The notes under the pieces are model-generated. The model did not search any database. It worked only from the letters and a program-made list of their open reading frames with translations, and was not told the DNA's origin. Source: Alistipes sp. (GTDB taxonomy: Bacteria; Bacteroidota; Bacteroidia; Bacteroidales; Rikenellaceae). From it: DNA of 64,000 nt. The DNA is taken from the NCBI GenBank assembly GCA_020026375.1, contig JAHHQN010000011.1:567-64566 (forward strand), in the 5' to 3' direction. Both the position numbers and the translations under genes were made by a program. The first letter of the stretch is position 1, and every line of letters begins with the position of its first letter. Positions 61,255-64,000 of this stretch are shown piece by piece.

Positions 61255-62643
61255 ATGAAAAGAATCATTTGTCTGGTGCTGACGGCAGCACTCGCCCTCT
61301 CGCCCCTTGTCACCTCGGCCAACGACCGCCGACCCCGTAAGAAAAAGAAGAAAAAGCAGAAGACCGAGCAGGTGGTCAACACCGAGGCACAACCCCAGCC
61401 TGTGGCCGCGGAACCCGAGACGCAACCCCTACCGGTCGACACGGTGGCCGTGGAGCCGCCCGTCGAGGAGGAGATTCAGGTGACGGCCGAACAGGTCGAC
61501 TCGCTGGTGGCCGCCTGGCGCGAACATCAGCGCGAACAGGCGTTCGACGAGTTTTTCAACAACTATATCAACATCGACTCGATGATCGACACCGGCACCA
61601 CCCCCGACTCGCTCTATGCCGGTCGTCTGCGTGCGCTGGCCTCGCCCATTCCGCTGGCCTACAACGACATCGTGCGTCGTCACATCACCCGCTACACCGA
61701 CCCCCGTCACGGCACCATGAGCCGCATACTGGGGCGTGCGAAGTATTATTTCCCGATGATTGAGGAGGAGCTGATCAAGGCCGGACTCCCCGTGGAGCTG
61801 CGTGCCATGGCCATCATCGAGTCGGCACTCACCCCCACCGCCATGTCGCGCATGGGTGCCGCTGGACTGTGGCAGTTCATGCCCCGCACGGCCAAGAGCT
61901 ACGGTCTGGAGGTCAACTCGCTGGTCGACGAACGTCTCGACCCCATTCGCGCCACACAGGCCGCCTGCCGCTATCTGAAAGACCTTTACAGCATCTACCA
62001 CGACTGGACGCTGGCCATCTCGTCGTACAACTGCGGTCCGGGAAATGTGAACAAGGCCATCGCCCGTTCGGGTGTCAAGGAGTGTCGCTCGTTCTGGGAC
62101 GTATATCACTGCATGCTGCGCGAGACACAGGGCTACATGCCGGCATTCATCGGTGCCACCTATGCCTATGCCTACCACCAGCAGCACGACATCACTCCAG
62201 CCGAGACCCCCGTACCCATCGCCGTGGATACCCTCCAAATCAACCGTATCCTCCACTTCGGACAGATTGCATCGACCATCGACCTGCCCATCGAGACCCT
62301 GCGTCAGCTCAATCCGCAGTACAAGATGGACATCATACCGGCTACCGTGAAATCCTACACGCTGGTACTCCCCCAGCGCAATGTGGTGGAGTATATCGAA
62401 CACCAGCAGGAGATTTTCGCCAAGGACTCGATGTACCTCAAGGAGTACATCAACCCCGTGAACCTCGACAAGAAGCGTCAGCAGAGTGCCGCCGGACGAA
62501 TCTACATCGTCAAGCGCGGCGACACGCTGGGAGCCATCGCACGCCGCTACCGCGTGTCGACCTCGCAGCTCATGCGCTGGAACAACATACGCGACCCCCG
62601 CAAGCTGCGCCTGGGACAGCGTCTGAGAATCGGCAGCAGATAA
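61255..62643 (+). CDS. MltD-like lytic transglycosylase with C-terminal LysM domain
   Basis: 462 aa. Signal peptide, K-rich linker RRPRKKKKKKQK, SLT catalytic context IIESALTPTAMSRMGAAGLWQFM, and LysM YIVKRGDTLGAIARRYRVSTSQLMRWNN. Confidence 0.88.
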   Translation: MKRIICLVLTAALALSPLVTSANDRRPRKKKKKKQKTEQVVNTEAQPQPVAAEPETQPLPVDTVAVEPPVEEEIQVTAEQVDSLVAAWREHQREQAFDEFFNNYINIDSMIDTGTTPDSLYAGRLRALASPIPLAYNDIVRRHITRYTDPRHGTMSRILGRAKYYFPMIEEELIKAGLPVELRAMAIIESALTPTAMSRMGAAGLWQFMPRTAKSYGLEVNSLVDERLDPIRATQAACRYLKDLYSIYHDWTLAISSYNCGPGNVNKAIARSGVKECRSFWDVYHCMLRETQGYMPAFIGATYAYAYHQQHDITPAETPVPIAVDTLQINRILHFGQIASTIDLPIETLRQLNPQYKMDIIPATVKSYTLVLPQRNVVEYIEHQQEIFAKDSMYLKEYINPVNLDKKRQQSAAGRIYIVKRGDTLGAIARRYRVSTSQLMRWNNIRDPRKLRLGQRLRIGSR

Positions 62644-62655
62644 GCGCCACAGACC

Positions 62656-64000
62656 ATGATACACGAACACGATACCATAGCCGCTCCGGCCACGGCCGCA
62701 GGCGGTGCCATCGCCGTCATCAGAGTGAGCGGTGACGACTCCATCGCACTGACCGACCGCATCTTCCGCGGCCGCACGCCACTCACCGATGCCGACGGAC
62801 ACACCCTCCGCTACGGACGCATCATGGACGGCGAACGCACGGTCGACGATGTGCTGGTGGCCGTCTTCCGCGCCCCCCACTCCTACACGGGAGAGGACGG
62901 GGTGGAGATTTCGTGTCACGGCTCGAGCTACATCGTCGCCGAAATCCTGCGCCTGCTGGGGCAGGCCGGCGCACGCATGGCCCAACCTGGCGAGTTCACC
63001 ATCAGGGCCTATCTGGCCGGTAAAATGGACCTCTCGCAGGCCGAAGCCGTGGCCGACCTGATTGCCTCGTCGAACAGGGCCACACACACGCTGGCCACCA
63101 CACAGATGCGCGGCGGATACTCCTCGCAGCTCGACTCGCTGTGCGACCGTCTGCTCCACCTCACCTCGTTGCTGGAGCTGGAGCTGGACTTCGGCGAGGA
63201 GGACGTGGAATTTGCCGACCGCACCGCCCTGCGTGACACGATGAACGACATCGACGCGCGTATCCGCTCGCTGGGCGACTCCTTCTCGCTGGGCAACGCC
63301 ATCAAGGAGGGCGTGGCCGTAGCCATCGCCGGCTCGCCCAATGTGGGCAAGTCGACCCTGCTGAACCGTCTGCTCAACGAGGACCGGGCCATGGTGTCGG
63401 ACATCGCCGGCACCACACGCGACGTCATCGAGGAGCGGGTGAACATCGACGGTGTGGTGTTCCGCTTCCTCGACACGGCAGGCATACGCGCCACCGACGA
63501 CACCCTCGAGAAGATGGGCATCTCGCGTTCGCTCTCCTCGATTGCGAGTGCGCAGATTATCCTCCACATGATTGACGCCCGCGAGGTGGAGAGCCGCGGA
63601 CGCATTCCCGAACCGCAATTTCCGCTGCGCGAGGGGCAGACCCTGCTGACGGTGGTCAACAAAATCGACACCGTGGCGGAGCTGCAGCTCGCCTACGACA
63701 CCATCGCCATCTCGGCACGGAGCGGCGAGGGCATAGACCGTCTGCGCAAGGCGTTGCGCTCGTCGGTCGACACCTCGGCACTCTACCACGGCGACCCCAT
63801 CATCTCCAACAGCCGCCACTACGAGGCACTGCGCCAGGCCGACGAGGCACTGCGCCGTGCGCTGGAGGGACTCGACAACGGCCTGCCTACCGACCTGTTG
63901 AGCGAGGAAATCCGCGACGTCATACGCAACATCAACACCATCACGGGACGCAAGGAAATTGTCCCCGACACGGTGTTGCAGAACATCTTCTCGAAATTCT
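62656..64000 (+). CDS. mnmE: tRNA modification GTPase MnmE (TrmE), 3'-truncated by the window edge
   Basis: ATG at 62656 gives MIHEHDTIAAPATAAGGAIAVIRVSG. G-domain GSPNVGKSTLLN and DTAGIR. The frame is open to position 64000. It is absent from the ORF track because there is no stop inside the window. Confidence 0.92.
   Translation, partial: MIHEHDTIAAPATAAGGAIAVIRVSGDDSIALTDRIFRGRTPLTDADGHTLRYGRIMDGERTVDDVLVAVFRAPHSYTGEDGVEISCHGSSYIVAEILRLLGQAGARMAQPGEFTIRAYLAGKMDLSQAEAVADLIASSNRATHTLATTQMRGGYSSQLDSLCDRLLHLTSLLELELDFGEEDVEFADRTALRDTMNDIDARIRSLGDSFSLGNAIKEGVAVAIAGSPNVGKSTLLNRLLNEDRAMVSDIAGTTRDVIEERVNIDGVVFRFLDTAGIRATDDTLEKMGISRSLSSIASAQIILHMIDAREVESRGRIPEPQFPLREGQTLLTVVNKIDTVAELQLAYDTIAISARSGEGIDRLRKALRSSVDTSALYHGDPIISNSRHYEALRQADEALRRALEGLDNGLPTDLLSEEIRDVIRNINTITGRKEIVPDTVLQNIFSKF

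Noticed and set aside
1-64000. Defence systems, toxin-antitoxin pairs, prophage, transposons, secondary-metabolite clusters or polysaccharide utilisation loci.
   Set aside because: No nuclease, helicase, methyltransferase, RT, integrase, transposase, phage structural, SusD or glycoside hydrolase signatures were recognised in any credible ORF. Gene content and compact spacing look like conserved core chromosome.

Overview
This window looks like a GC-rich Bacteroidota (Bacteroidales-like) chromosome segment and is mostly core housekeeping. The taxonomic call rests on four things. Many genes are preceded by the Bacteroides-type -7 box TAnnTTTG. There is a V-type ATPase operon that includes a DUF2764 gene. 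There is an S46 dipeptidyl-peptidase and a CarboxypepD_reg-type TonB-dependent receptor. The parA-parB genes are followed by a DUF5683 gene and a lytic transglycosylase. Recognisable genes in order are: a YtrA-like ABC/GntR operon, rpoD, htrA, metK, tkt, the clpX-clpP-tig block, glutaminyl cyclase, a stand-alone MetH reactivation domain, an M20 amidohydrolase, rnr, a 7-gene V-ATPase operon, a DUF4301 gene, murB, tilS, holA, coaD, lpxD, a TlpA-like thioredoxin lipoprotein, ruvC, two tandem tRNA-Arg(ACG) modules, the S46 peptidase, a membrane polyferredoxin, a 4-gene outer-membrane operon, a YidE/YbjL-type transporter, an MscS channel, an OstA-like/SurA chaperone cluster, a CPBP protease, parAB, DUF5683, an MltD-like transglycosylase and the 5' part of mnmE. 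I see no CRISPR array, integrase, transposase, prophage, toxin-antitoxin pair, recognisable defence system or biosynthetic cluster. The least understood content is: (i) the promoter-to-terminator operon at 41.6-48.9 kb, which encodes a TonB-dependent receptor, a DUF4876-like lipoprotein, a second beta-barrel and a fimbrillin-FISUMP lipoprotein; (ii) the neighbouring but separately transcribed polyferredoxin with three cysteine-poor HMA-like repeats; and (iii) the structured repeats and word clusters in the gene-free first 1.25 kb. Many long ORFs in the supplied track are antisense artefacts of GC-rich codon usage. Several track ORFs are also N-terminally over-extended, and I corrected those starts using ATG position, signal peptides, promoters and terminators. 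All family names are assigned by eye from motifs and memory, with no database search.
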